DNA from: Patescibacteria group bacterium | GTDB lineage: Bacteria > Patescibacteriota > UBA1384 > 2-12-FULL-50-11 | DNA: 64,000 nucleotides | Direction: 5' to 3' | NCBI GenBank assembly: GCA_038058635.1 | Contig: JBBUAP010000001.1 | Span: 295,877-359,876 of the forward strand | In this document: positions 18,304 to 28,092 of the stretch, one piece after another | Layout: every line of letters begins with the position of its first letter | Numbering within the stretch: position 1 is the stretch's first letter | Position numbers and translations under genes: made by a program | Notes under the pieces: generated by a model | What the model saw: the letters and a program-made list of their open reading frames with translations, nothing else | Database searches by the model: none | Told to the model about the DNA's origin: nothing

Positions 18304-18777
18304 ATGAAGTGGCTGATGTTACTGGTCGTCGTCGGGCTGACCATTGGCCCGTTCGGACATCTCGCCCAATCGGCGCCGATGACACCCAATTTGTTGGTGG
18401 TATTTTTGTGGGCCATGAGCTGGTTTCGCGGTCGCGAGCAAACACTAGCTTTGGCGATTGGGGGCGGCTTGTTACTAGATCTGGTCGGCTGGAATTGGTT
18501 TGGGCTCTGGACAATCAGCGCCGTCGCCGTCGTTTGGGTAATCAGTCTACTCAAAGGGCGACTTCTGGCCACCAGCTCGATTCTCCACGCCCTGCTGGCC
18601 CTGGCGGTAGTCTCGCTGATTGCGCCGCTACTACTCTCGATCGCCACCGGAACTATTGATGTCAAAGAAGTTAGTCTTGTGGTATTGGGCAATGTACTAC
18701 TTGGCCTAATTGTTTATTATCTGTTAGCAATGAGATTAAGAATGTTTCAACGATGGGCCGGCCGAAGAATCGCGTAG
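18304..18777 (+). CDS. mreD: rod-shape-determining protein MreD (probable)
   Basis: 157-aa protein with several TM helices, sitting between mreC and PBP2. Confidence 0.55.
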   Translation: MKWLMLLVVVGLTIGPFGHLAQSAPMTPNLLVVFLWAMSWFRGREQTLALAIGGGLLLDLVGWNWFGLWTISAVAVVWVISLLKGRLLATSSILHALLALAVVSLIAPLLLSIATGTIDVKEVSLVVLGNVLLGLIVYYLLAMRLRMFQRWAGRRIA

Positions 18778-20789
18778 ACTGGAATCCGGTTCGCCGGGTA
18801 CTGATGCTTCTTTGGGCGCCGATTGGTTGGGTCGCGGCGCACTTAAGGGTATCAAAAATCAGATCGACAGATTCCGGCATTTTTGACCCCTACCTACCGC
18901 TCGGTTCGCTTAAATCAGTCGCTGTCGAATATTCAGCCGACCTCGAGCCTTCTGGAGACACTGGCGTCTTGGAATCAAGTGATGGACTTGGCCGACGGTC
19001 GTTTTTCATCCTCAAGGCAGTTGCCTTTTTGGTGGCTTCTCTATTTGCCTTTCGCTTAATCTCCCTGCAGATAACCCAGGGGCAAGAGAATTATCGTTTA
19101 GCCGAGGGTAATCGTCTCAAAACCACCCTGATTTCAGCGCCGAGAGGTTTGATTTATGATCGCAATGGCGTGCCGCTGGTTCAAAACGCTCCGAGCTTTT
19201 CGCTGATTCTTCGTCCCAGTGAGGTGCCGAAGAAAAAAGACGATCGTCAGAGATATCTGGATGATCTAGCGAGACAGCTGTCCCTGGATCGGGCCGAACT
19301 AGCTTCGAAACTCGACGCCCAAGCTAGCCGCGATGTCGTCACATTGCTCGATGGCTTGAATCGCGATCAGGCACTTTCTTTAGAGTTAAAGACCCACGAC
19401 TTAACTGCCGTCGAATTAATCAAGCAGCCGGTTCGATTGTATAGCGGCGTCCCGTCGATGGGTAATTTACTGGGGTATATCGGCAAGGTTGACCCCGAAG
19501 ATCTCAAACAGCGCCCTAACCTTCTTTCAACGGATTATGTCGGCAAGTCTGGCATTGAAACGACTTACGACGAACTTCTCCAAGGCATTCCAGGGCAAGA
19601 GATCGTTGAAGTTGATTCCGTGGGCCGATCTGTCAGAGCAGTTGGCAACAAGCCACCGACACCAGGGAGCTCGTTAATTCTCGGGTTAGACTCAACCGTG
19701 CAACAGGTTGCCGCGACCGCCCTGCAAGAATCAATCACCAAATCCGGCGCCATCAACGGCGCGGCCGTCGCTATCGATGTTAACACCGGCGAAATTGTGT
19801 CGATGGTCAGCTTACCGACATTTGACAACAATCTCTTCTCGCCCCTAACTGATTCCAATATTCGCCAACAAGTCCTTCAAGATCCTGGCTCGCCCTTGAT
19901 CAATCGTGCAATTTCCGGCCAGTACCCGTCTGGGTCAACAATTAAACCCTTTGTGGCAACGGCGGGACTTGCGACAGGGGTAATAAACGCCAATACAAAA
20001 ATAGATACGTCGGCCGGTAAAATTGAGATTGGCCCGTGGGTTTTTCACGACTGGAAAACTCACGGCGTTAGCGATGTGCGCCAGGCACTCGCCGAAAGTA
20101 ATAACATCTTCTTTTATTCACTCGGTGGTGGCTACAAACAAATCGGCGGCCTCGGGGCTGATCGTTTAAGTGAGTGGCTAACAAAGTTCGGTTTTGGTTC
20201 TATTACCGGCATCGACATTCCGGGCGAACAAGACGGCTTAGTTCCAACGCCCGACTGGAAGAAGAAAACTAAAAAAGAAGCTTGGTACATCGGCGACACC
20301 TACAACCTTTCAATCGGGCAAGGCGATCTACTAGTGACGCCGCTCCAATTAGCGCGGGCAACCGCCGCTATTGCCAATAACGGCCAGTTGTTAACGCCTA
20401 GGTTAGTTAAATCGTCATTCTCTTCATCTGCTGGCCAAGAAGATTATCCAACTAAAAGCATAAAAGAGAATCTGGCGCCTGGGGCCGCCTTACAAGCCGT
20501 TCGTGAAGGTATGCGCCAGGCGGTGCTGACTGGCTCGGCCCGCACATTCGCCACTTTACCTGTCGAGGTGGCAGCCAAAACCGGTACCGCCCAGTTCGAC
20601 AAAGCTAAAGAAAAGACCCACTCTTGGTTAACCGCTTTCGTGCCGTATAATAATCCTCAAATAGCCATCACGGTCATCGTTGAAGGTGGCGGCGAAGGAT
20701 ATGTTGTGGCGGCGCCAGTGGTCAAAAATATTATCGAGGCTTACTTCAAGCTACCAATCACGCCGATCCAACCTTTGAGCGAAAATTAG
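18753..20789 (+). CDS. mrdA: penicillin-binding protein 2 (elongasome transpeptidase)
   Basis: N-terminal TM helix and dimerisation domain. Transpeptidase motifs STIKP (SxxK), SNN and KTGTA. Confidence 0.85.
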   Translation: MGRPKNRVDWNPVRRVLMLLWAPIGWVAAHLRVSKIRSTDSGIFDPYLPLGSLKSVAVEYSADLEPSGDTGVLESSDGLGRRSFFILKAVAFLVASLFAFRLISLQITQGQENYRLAEGNRLKTTLISAPRGLIYDRNGVPLVQNAPSFSLILRPSEVPKKKDDRQRYLDDLARQLSLDRAELASKLDAQASRDVVTLLDGLNRDQALSLELKTHDLTAVELIKQPVRLYSGVPSMGNLLGYIGKVDPEDLKQRPNLLSTDYVGKSGIETTYDELLQGIPGQEIVEVDSVGRSVRAVGNKPPTPGSSLILGLDSTVQQVAATALQESITKSGAINGAAVAIDVNTGEIVSMVSLPTFDNNLFSPLTDSNIRQQVLQDPGSPLINRAISGQYPSGSTIKPFVATAGLATGVINANTKIDTSAGKIEIGPWVFHDWKTHGVSDVRQALAESNNIFFYSLGGGYKQIGGLGADRLSEWLTKFGFGSITGIDIPGEQDGLVPTPDWKKKTKKEAWYIGDTYNLSIGQGDLLVTPLQLARATAAIANNGQLLTPRLVKSSFSSSAGQEDYPTKSIKENLAPGAALQAVREGMRQAVLTGSARTFATLPVEVAAKTGTAQFDKAKEKTHSWLTAFVPYNNPQIAITVIVEGGGEGYVVAAPVVKNIIEAYFKLPITPIQPLSEN

Positions 20790-20907
20790 ATAGTCGCTCT
20801 GCTCCTAGCTCTCCCTTCCTCTAGTCGGTCGACATAGTCGCTCTGCTCCTAGCTCTCCCTTCCTCTAGTCGGTCGACATAGTCGCTTCGCTCCTAGCTCT
20901 CGTCGAC
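20790..20907 (+). repeat. tandem direct repeat, 44-bp unit, about 2.7 copies
   Basis: ATAGTCGCTCTGCTCCTAGCTCTCCCTTCCTCTAGTCGGTCGAC occurs twice exactly, followed by a third copy with a 14-bp deletion. There are no spacers, so it is not CRISPR-like. Confidence 0.8.
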
Positions 20908-21014
20908 AAGCGGCTCTACATTGTAAGAACTCACAGAATCTAGTCTCCTATTGCGCTAGACTTCAGCTAAAACGACGACTTGTCTGGCGTCGCCATTTGT
21001 AGGAATATACTAAT

Positions 21015-22166
21015 ATGTCACCAAAACTTTTCGAACAACTTTTCGAGCAAATTAAACGTGTTATCACCAAACCGCTCTGCCTAACAGACGAACGGGGGGT
21101 AATATACAAGGACTTTTCTGATTTCGGGAACCAAAAACAACTAACACTCCGCGGTACCGTTAGTGATGGCGTTCGTTCACTGGCCGTCGAAGGTGATGAA
21201 TCTGCTCAAGCAATCCCGATTTTTTTAGAAGGTAAACTATTACTAATAGTAGTAGTTAAGGTTTCGCTTGAAGATATTCAAACGGCCCAGATTATTAACA
21301 GTCTGGCCGAACTAATTGTCCAGCAGTTTATTTTAGAGCACAAACCTAAACCCGATGCCGTTGACTTACTCTTGACTCGAGTTGCCTTCCGACCGCAGAC
21401 ACTCGATCCGGAGGAGCTGTCCGAGCAGATGACGGCGCTGGGCTTTCGGCTCGACCTGCCGCGGGTGGCTGTGACTTTCGAGCTGAAAGGTTTTTGGGAT
21501 AACTATCTCCAGACGCTCGGCTCCCCGCTCGGAGAGAAAGAGGGTCTAATCGAAGCCAAGAAGCGCGATCTCAACCAATCGCTGACGAGTTTCTTCACCA
21601 AAAATCCGGACAACCTAGTCGGATTCATCGGCAAAGACACCTTTTTGATACTGAAAGACCTGCACGATACTGACTACACTCGATTCTGTTCTCTCCTATC
21701 TCGTCACTACAGCGAAATTACCGCCCCGTTGAAAAATGTCCATATTAGCGAAGTGACAGTTGGCATCGGATCGCCGGCATCATCGCCAAGCGGTTTAATT
21801 CGCTCGGTCCAAGAAGCCAGGCAGGTCCTAACAATCGGCCAGAAAATTATTGGTAGCAATCAAACTCATCGCTTTGATTCGCTCGGTGTCCTGCCGCTCC
21901 TACTGATGGGTAACGACCAGCAGAAAAAAGAGTTTTCCAGCAAAATGTTCTCCGGGCTTGATGACGATCAACTAACCCAAACCCTGGAGGCCTTCATCGC
22001 CGCCGATCTGAATCTGACTCAAGCGGCGACCAAACTCAAGATCCATCGCAATACCGTTATCTATCGTCTCGATCGGATTCAAGAAAAACTGGGGCGTGAT
22101 CCTCGGAAATTCACCGATGCCGTCGAACTCTACCTGGCCTCGTTGTTTGCGAAGTTGTTTGACTAG
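21015..22166 (+). CDS. CdaR/PucR-family transcriptional regulator
   Basis: C-terminal PucR-type HTH (LNLTQAATKLKIHRNTVIYRLDRIQEKLG) and an N-terminal sensor-like domain. Confidence 0.65.
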   Translation: MSPKLFEQLFEQIKRVITKPLCLTDERGVIYKDFSDFGNQKQLTLRGTVSDGVRSLAVEGDESAQAIPIFLEGKLLLIVVVKVSLEDIQTAQIINSLAELIVQQFILEHKPKPDAVDLLLTRVAFRPQTLDPEELSEQMTALGFRLDLPRVAVTFELKGFWDNYLQTLGSPLGEKEGLIEAKKRDLNQSLTSFFTKNPDNLVGFIGKDTFLILKDLHDTDYTRFCSLLSRHYSEITAPLKNVHISEVTVGIGSPASSPSGLIRSVQEARQVLTIGQKIIGSNQTHRFDSLGVLPLLLMGNDQQKKEFSSKMFSGLDDDQLTQTLEAFIAADLNLTQAATKLKIHRNTVIYRLDRIQEKLGRDPRKFTDAVELYLASLFAKLFD

Positions 22167-22717
22167 CCCCTCTTTTTCAGGGTATTTTCCATCAATGTAT
22201 CGTAACCTTGTTCGATTCGATCAGAATCATCGATTCCTAAACGCTTGAGAAAATTAAATAATTCATCCTGAACTCCGCTTACGTCCCCGCCGTCTTCTAG
22301 AAGTTTCTCGAGCTCAATAAAAGTTCCCAACAGCTCAACTTCATCCAAACATATCTCAACGCCCTTAAACTGAGACTTCCGACGGACTTTCTTGATCTCT
22401 GACGCCAGCACGTAACCAAGCGCTTCCAGCATCTTCTCTGCTTGATCCGGATCACTAACGGCCGTCTCGAGTTCGAAGCTGTCTAGTTCGTTGGTCTCAG
22501 AGCGTTTTAGGGTTAAAAGCGACTTATCTTCTTGGCGACGGACTCTTAGGAAGCTGACCCCGATCTGTCGTGTTCCAAACTTCTCTTTCACCGAAGCAGG
22601 CGAAAAGACCCTGTCGTGTTGGGCTATAGGGGGTCCAAACTTTACGTTCAAATCCCCAAGTCTAGCTAGTACTAGGGATGGGTTCGAAACTCGTGCCTTG
22701 ACTTCTACCTCTCTCAT
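22163..22717 (-). CDS. CYTH-domain protein (class IV adenylate cyclase / triphosphatase-like)
   Basis: N-terminal EVEVKARV motif (the ExExK signature) and a spacing of acidic residues that fits the CYTH triphosphate-tunnel fold. Confidence 0.6.
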   Translation of the reverse strand: MREVEVKARVSNPSLVLARLGDLNVKFGPPIAQHDRVFSPASVKEKFGTRQIGVSFLRVRRQEDKSLLTLKRSETNELDSFELETAVSDPDQAEKMLEALGYVLASEIKKVRRKSQFKGVEICLDEVELLGTFIELEKLLEDGGDVSGVQDELFNFLKRLGIDDSDRIEQGYDTLMENTLKKRG

Positions 22718-23009
22718 TTAGGATATTTTATAGACATTTGCGGTTGGTGTAAACCAAAAGACTCAAGCACCGTGTGGAGACCTTTTTCCTCCAAATACTC
22801 GAGTTCTTTTGGTAATTTGACCGCCCTCTGTCGCTATAGGTGAGCTATCTGCTCGGCCTCGTTTAGTGATCTGGCCGATCCCGAAAGCTCTTCTGTCGAT
22901 CTTGGGTTGTCTTGGGGCAGAAGGTAGAAGGAGCAAACAATGAAAAACACTACTTTACTTTGCCAGATTATCGTATGAAGTCATTAGCATAAGCTACGAA
23001 GAACTGTCT

Positions 23010-23387
23010 TTACTGTAATCGTTTGTTGACGATCTCGACCATTTCGTCGGGGGTGTGGTAGGACTTGACGAGATAATCAACGGCACCGAGGGAAAAAGCC
23101 AGCTGTTTGTCAGAGTCTGATTGTTCGCTGCCTAGATTAGTCAGCACAATGACCGGAATGTCGCGAGTATCGAGATTTCTTTTTAACCGTCTCAAAACTT
23201 CAAAACCGTTGATGCCCGGCAGTAAAATATCCAATAAAATTAAATCGGCACCAAGGTCGGCTTTTTTCAGCGCCTCGTTGCCGTCTCGGGCAATCTCTAG
23301 CTGAAACTCTTCTTCACCGAAGCGCTCCTGATACAAATCGATCAATAACGGCTCATCCTCAACTAGTAAAACTCGTTTGTTACTCAC
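23010..23387 (-). CDS. single-domain response regulator (CheY-like receiver)
   Basis: Receiver motifs VLLVEDE, DLILLDILLPG (phospho-acceptor Asp) and VIVLT. Overlaps the upstream kinase gene by 4 nt. Confidence 0.8.
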   Translation of the reverse strand: MSNKRVLLVEDEPLLIDLYQERFGEEEFQLEIARDGNEALKKADLGADLILLDILLPGINGFEVLRRLKRNLDTRDIPVIVLTNLGSEQSDSDKQLAFSLGAVDYLVKSYHTPDEMVEIVNKRLQ

Positions 23388-25024
23388 TTTTTACTCCTCT
23401 TAGTTTGTTCTAATGGGAAGGCAACGGCAAAATGCGTTCCTTTGCCCGCCCGGCTTTTAACTGTAATGGTTCCATTCTGTTTTTCAACAAAGGATTTCAC
23501 AATATACAACCCCAAACCGGCGCCTTGCTCTCGCGACTGCTCTGGCCGATGAGCCCGATGGAACTTTTCGAAAATTTCTTCAATATTTTTCGAGCTGATA
23601 CCGATACCGCTGTCACGGATATTGACGATCAGCTGGGGATTTAAGCCCTGGCGATCCTCGGAGTTTTCGAGCGAGACCTTGATCGATCCTTGCTCAGTGT
23701 ACTTGGTGGCATTATCGATTAGGTTGGCAAATATCTGCTCGGTTCGTTCCCGATCAAGTCGGACGGTGTCGGGGAGCTTGCTGGTAGTTAGCGACAGCGT
23801 CACGCCCTTGGCGAGGGCCTTAGGCTTAAAGTCGCGAACGACTTTTTTCAGAATGGGGAAAAGATGAATACTCTGGGGCTTAAACGATAGGCGGTCTTGG
23901 TCGATTTGAGTCACCCGGAGGAGATCTTCCGCCAGCCGTCCCAAGCGGTTACTGGCTTTGGTGGCTTGCGACAGGTAGGAGAGTTGTTTCTCGGTTAAAT
24001 TATCTCCCTTGCGCTCGAGTAAACTCAAATAGCCCTTAACGGCCGTCAGGGGTGTGCGCAATTCGTGGGTAGCGATCGAAATAAATTCATTTTTCTTCTG
24101 CTCGAGATTCTTTTTGTGAGAAATGTCACGTGCAACCAGAACGGCTTGCTCAAACACGCCGGAGCGGTTTTTGTAGATTGTCACTAAACAACTAACCCAG
24201 CGCAGTTCATCGTTTTGAGTCAAGATTTGGAAATCGGCGCTGATATGTTTTGGTTCCGGGCTCTTAGCTTCCCCAGAGAGAATCGTCAGCCAGTCGAGCT
24301 GACCAACCCGGCGGAAGAACTGTTCGAAGGGGCGATTGACCGTTTCCGAGCTTCTAAAACCAGTTAAGCGTTGCATCGACCGGTTCCAGAGCGTTATCTG
24401 CCCAGAGCTATTGGTCATGACCATGCCTTCGCCGAGCTGGCTCGTCAGATTGGTGATCGTAGTCGCTTGCTGTTGAAGGTTTTGCGCGAGCTGATTATTT
24501 TTTAGGCGTAAGCCTAAAACTTGTCGAATTACTTCAAAAACGCGGCTGGTTTCAGTCGAGATCGAACGGCTACTGACGGTCAGGAGATAGTTCTGCTGGC
24601 CGTCTAACTCGCCTAAAGACATCAGGTGACAATTTGTCATCGTTTTTTGATTGACCTGGAGGGCGACGGGGGAGCTTTTATTAAAATGGTAATGCTCGGG
24701 TTTAGCGATTCTTTGGATTAGCTTGGTCTCGACACAGCGGAGAGCTTTCTTGCTCGACAAATTGGTAGCGATAATCTGGGCTCCAAGCGGGCCAGCCCCC
24801 CAAATAATAACCCCCTCACAACCTGTTATCTTCGGCAGAAAAACGCAGAGTCGAGCGTAAAGCTGGGCCACAGTGACCGATTCGTTGCTAATCAAACCCA
24901 ACAATTCTAGTCGGAGCGCCTTTTGATCAACAGCCGTCTCGGGCAAGACATAGAGACGCGACAGCAGTTTTTCCCAAGACGGCAAAGTTGGTAGACGGAC
25001 CAGACGGCGTTCTTCAGGTATCAT
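23384..25024 (-). CDS. cytoplasmic sensor histidine kinase with PAS-like domains
   Basis: H-box HELRTPLTAVKGY and the N/G1/G2 boxes of HATPase_c. No TM segment. Confidence 0.8.
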   Translation of the reverse strand: MIPEERRLVRLPTLPSWEKLLSRLYVLPETAVDQKALRLELLGLISNESVTVAQLYARLCVFLPKITGCEGVIIWGAGPLGAQIIATNLSSKKALRCVETKLIQRIAKPEHYHFNKSSPVALQVNQKTMTNCHLMSLGELDGQQNYLLTVSSRSISTETSRVFEVIRQVLGLRLKNNQLAQNLQQQATTITNLTSQLGEGMVMTNSSGQITLWNRSMQRLTGFRSSETVNRPFEQFFRRVGQLDWLTILSGEAKSPEPKHISADFQILTQNDELRWVSCLVTIYKNRSGVFEQAVLVARDISHKKNLEQKKNEFISIATHELRTPLTAVKGYLSLLERKGDNLTEKQLSYLSQATKASNRLGRLAEDLLRVTQIDQDRLSFKPQSIHLFPILKKVVRDFKPKALAKGVTLSLTTSKLPDTVRLDRERTEQIFANLIDNATKYTEQGSIKVSLENSEDRQGLNPQLIVNIRDSGIGISSKNIEEIFEKFHRAHRPEQSREQGAGLGLYIVKSFVEKQNGTITVKSRAGKGTHFAVAFPLEQTKRSKK

Positions 25025-25332
25025 GGTTGTGTTTCAGTCATGGGTTTAGTATACAGCGCCTGGCCAGCTGGTTTGATGGAGGTATTCTCTCATATTTTCT
25101 GTACACCTGTTACTTTTTTGTAGATTCCTACAAAATAGCGCTAACCCTTGACAGAATTTGAGAGGTTGCTAAACTCTTTGTATCAGCTTAACTTACTTCG
25201 CCCGTCTCTGGCTCTAGGGCGAATCGAATTAGCTAACAAACAGTCCACCAACGAACACCACCTAACATACAAACAACACACAGTGCTGGACTGGCCGGAT
25301 TAAAAGTTAAATAATATTTCCTGTTTAGAACA

Positions 25333-25800
25333 ATGCTAAAAAAAGATATCCTCATTACCGAAGAAGGTCTGGAGAAAGTCAAGAACGAGCTGAACGAGCT
25401 ACTGACGGTTCGCCGTCCAGAAGTAATTAACCGTATTAAAGGAGCCAAAGAACTTGGTGATTTATCGGAAAATGCCGAATATTCCGCTGCCAAAGAAGAG
25501 CAGTCGTTTGTTGAGGGACGGATTCAGGAAGTCGAGGAGATTATCAAGCATGCCAAAATCGCCGCTACTAGCTCTGATTGCAACGGTAGCATCGCTATCG
25601 GCTGTCATGTGACGGTCTTGGTTGACGGCGAACAAGACAAATTCGAACTCGTCGGCCCGACCGAATCAGACCCAGCTAAAGGCAAGATTTCGGTTGACTC
25701 ACCAGTTGGCAAGGCCCTGCTTGGCCACAAAGCCAAAGATACCGTCTCAGTTGAAACTCCCGACGGTAAAATTCAGTACAAAATCATTTCCGTCGACTAG
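25333..25800 (+). CDS. greA: transcription elongation factor GreA
   Basis: N-terminal coiled-coil with LSENAEY and a C-terminal FKBP-like domain. 155 aa. Confidence 0.85.
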   Translation: MLKKDILITEEGLEKVKNELNELLTVRRPEVINRIKGAKELGDLSENAEYSAAKEEQSFVEGRIQEVEEIIKHAKIAATSSDCNGSIAIGCHVTVLVDGEQDKFELVGPTESDPAKGKISVDSPVGKALLGHKAKDTVSVETPDGKIQYKIISVD

Positions 25801-25898
25801 CTAAGTCACGGTAGTAGCGACACTGCCGTTCGTTGAAGCACTGGAGTACCAGAACAACTCACGACAGCATCGCTAGTACCTAATTGCTTCTGAGCCCT

Positions 25899-25927
25899 TT
25901 GACTTTCACTATAGAATAGGGTATATT
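25899..25927 (+). promoter_or_regulatory. sigma70-like promoter (-35 TTGACT, 17-nt spacer, -10 TATATT)
   Basis: Near-consensus hexamers with optimal spacing. Lies upstream of the 26042 gene. Confidence 0.45.
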
Positions 25928-25951
25928 TCTCGTGTTCATTAACAAGGATTG

Positions 25952-26003
25952 TTGAGGTTGGCTTTTGGCAAACGATTATTCGTTTTTCAGAAGCCAATCT
26001 CAA
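25952..26003 (+). promoter_or_regulatory. 5'-UTR inverted repeat (13-bp arms, 26-nt spacer), possible operator or regulatory hairpin
   Basis: TTGAGGTTGGCTT ... AAGCCAATCTCAA, with one mismatch. Sits between the predicted promoter and the start codon. Confidence 0.4.
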
Positions 26004-26041
26004 CAGAGAAAAGCAACCATCCTGTTCCCGAGGTACTGACC

Positions 26042-26713
26042 ATGAATGATGCTCACGTAGCGCTCCTCGATGCTCGAGGACCGCTCACCGACCTTCTCAA
26101 GAAGCTATCCGGCAATGACGGCCAGCAATGGCTCGATGCCCTCAAGCGATTCAACCGCAAGGAGAATCCTTGGGAAGTAAAACCTGTTAAAGCCGCAAAG
26201 CAAGAGGCCCCGTTCGGTTTCCCGGCGCTCCCATTACGCCACGCAAAGTTCGTTTTGGATCTGCCGGTGTATGCCTCCAAGGAGGCGTTCATTGAAGCCG
26301 TGAAGAAGAGCGGTTACCTGTTTACTGAAGGCGCGCTTAGCGTTGTTGCTCACGACGACTGGGAGCTCCTCACCGAGGGGGGCAAGTACGGATTCTGGGA
26401 GTACACGGTCCGCGAGCTGACTGGCAAGAATGAAGTGAAGACCCCCGTCTTCTACGAGGCTATTCACGCCCACAAGTTCATCGACGCTCCGCATCAATCG
26501 ACCGGAGATCTTGGGATCGCCTACATCGATCGCTCGCACAGAGAATTGATGGTGGTGATAAGCGACCCCATTCCGGACCCTGCCGGCATCCCAGCTTACC
26601 TCCAATTGCTGGTGCGCGATTCCGGAGGTTCGCTCGTGCTTATGGAGCATGCTCGCCCGGACGACATCTGGTACGGCAATGGGCGTGTCCTGGTCTGCCG
26701 CAAGCTGGATTAA
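26042..26713 (+). CDS. hypothetical protein, GC-richer and codon-biased relative to its neighbours (possibly acquired)
   Basis: 223 aa counted from MNDAHV. The longer 25949 start would overlap the promoter and hairpin. No family recognised. Confidence 0.5.
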   Translation: MNDAHVALLDARGPLTDLLKKLSGNDGQQWLDALKRFNRKENPWEVKPVKAAKQEAPFGFPALPLRHAKFVLDLPVYASKEAFIEAVKKSGYLFTEGALSVVAHDDWELLTEGGKYGFWEYTVRELTGKNEVKTPVFYEAIHAHKFIDAPHQSTGDLGIAYIDRSHRELMVVISDPIPDPAGIPAYLQLLVRDSGGSLVLMEHARPDDIWYGNGRVLVCRKLD

Positions 26714-26764
26714 CTCTTGTGGGTTGGCCGCTTACATCTTCTCGTTTCTTGTCCCTTGCCTTCG

Positions 26765-26789
26765 GGACCGCGCTTGCGCGGTCCTTTTT
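26765..26789 (+). terminator. Rho-independent terminator
   Basis: GGACCGCG-CTTG-CGCGGTCC hairpin followed by TTTTT. Confidence 0.7.
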
Positions 26790-26848
26790 CATACAAAAGA
26801 CGACAAAAGCCCTTGGCGTTTCAGGAGGGGGTTTGGTACACTACCAAC

Positions 26849-28060
26849 ATGATTGATCGTGATTTATTGCGTCAACATCCCGAGATTGTTAAAGAGTCGC
26901 TGACCAAACGCGGCGAAGATCCTAAAAAGCTGGATCGATATCTCGAACTCGAAAAAAAGTGGCGCGCTATCGCTAGCCAAGTTGAGCCGTTACAGGCAGA
27001 AAAGAACAAACTCTCCCGGGGCGGTAAACCTAGCCCAGCCCTATTAAAGAAAGCTCAGGAATTGAGCAAAAAGATTGCTGCCAAAGAAGGCGACCTCAAG
27101 GCCGCCGAGATGGCCTATCAGACCGCCGCCAAAGCATTGCCAAATCTTGTGGCCGATGACGTACCGGTCGGACCAGGCGAATCAGCCAACACTACTATCG
27201 GGCAATTTGGCCGGATTCGTCTTCAAACTGGCAAGCCGCATCACGAGCTGATGACGAAGCTCGGTTGGCTAGACCTAAAAACAGCCGCCGAATTTTCCGG
27301 ATCTCGCTTTCGTTACCTAAAAGGCAATGCCGCCTGGGCTCATCTACAGATCATGGGCGAAGCCCTGCGCTTAGCCGTCCATCACGGTTTTACCCCAGTT
27401 ATTCCGCCGGTCATGACGAGAACAGAAACGCTCGAGAAAGCCGGCTTCTTGCCTTTTGCCGAAGATGATTTTTTTAAGATTGAGGGCGATGACCTGCTCT
27501 TAACCGGAACGAGCGAGCAAACCCTCTTAGCTTTGATGGCGGGCAAAACTTTCAAGGAGAGTGAGCTACCAATCCGCTTGGTCGGTTTTTCGACTTGCTT
27601 CCGGAGAGAGGTTGGTTCTTATGGTAAGGATGTTGAGGGCATGTTCCGTCAACATCAATTCGACAAAGTTGAGATGGTTTCAATTACCACGCCCGAAACA
27701 GCTCTCGAAGAGCACGAGTTCCTCGTCTCGATGGAAGAAATGTTCGTCAAGAAGTTGGGCTTGCCTTATCAGAAGGTTTTGATCGGGAGCGGCGATTTAG
27801 GGCCAACGGCGGTCAAAAAGATTGATATCGAGGCCTGGTTTCCGTCGCAAGGGCGTTATCGCGAAACCCATTCGGCCAGTAACTGTACCGATTTTCAGGC
27901 TCGGCGGCTGGGCATTAAATACCGAACCCTTGACGGCCAAGAGCGACTGACCCACACCCTCAATGGCACGCTGGCGACCGAGCGATTGCTTATTTCATAC
28001 ATTGAGAACAACCAACGGCCTGACGGCTCGGTTAATCTGCCCCGTCATTGGCGGGTATAG
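26849..28060 (+). CDS. serS: serine--tRNA ligase
   Basis: N-terminal coiled-coil arm and class II motifs (FRRE, GLG). The start is taken at MIDRDLL, with an AGGAGG-like sequence upstream. Confidence 0.85.
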   Translation: MIDRDLLRQHPEIVKESLTKRGEDPKKLDRYLELEKKWRAIASQVEPLQAEKNKLSRGGKPSPALLKKAQELSKKIAAKEGDLKAAEMAYQTAAKALPNLVADDVPVGPGESANTTIGQFGRIRLQTGKPHHELMTKLGWLDLKTAAEFSGSRFRYLKGNAAWAHLQIMGEALRLAVHHGFTPVIPPVMTRTETLEKAGFLPFAEDDFFKIEGDDLLLTGTSEQTLLALMAGKTFKESELPIRLVGFSTCFRREVGSYGKDVEGMFRQHQFDKVEMVSITTPETALEEHEFLVSMEEMFVKKLGLPYQKVLIGSGDLGPTAVKKIDIEAWFPSQGRYRETHSASNCTDFQARRLGIKYRTLDGQERLTHTLNGTLATERLLISYIENNQRPDGSVNLPRHWRV

Positions 28061-28092
28061 CTGATGTGGTTAGACTTTAAACAGGTTCACAG

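Noticed and set aside
20790-20907. Possible CRISPR array
   Set aside because: The 44-bp units are directly adjacent with no spacers, and there are only 2.7 copies. It is a tandem repeat, not CRISPR.
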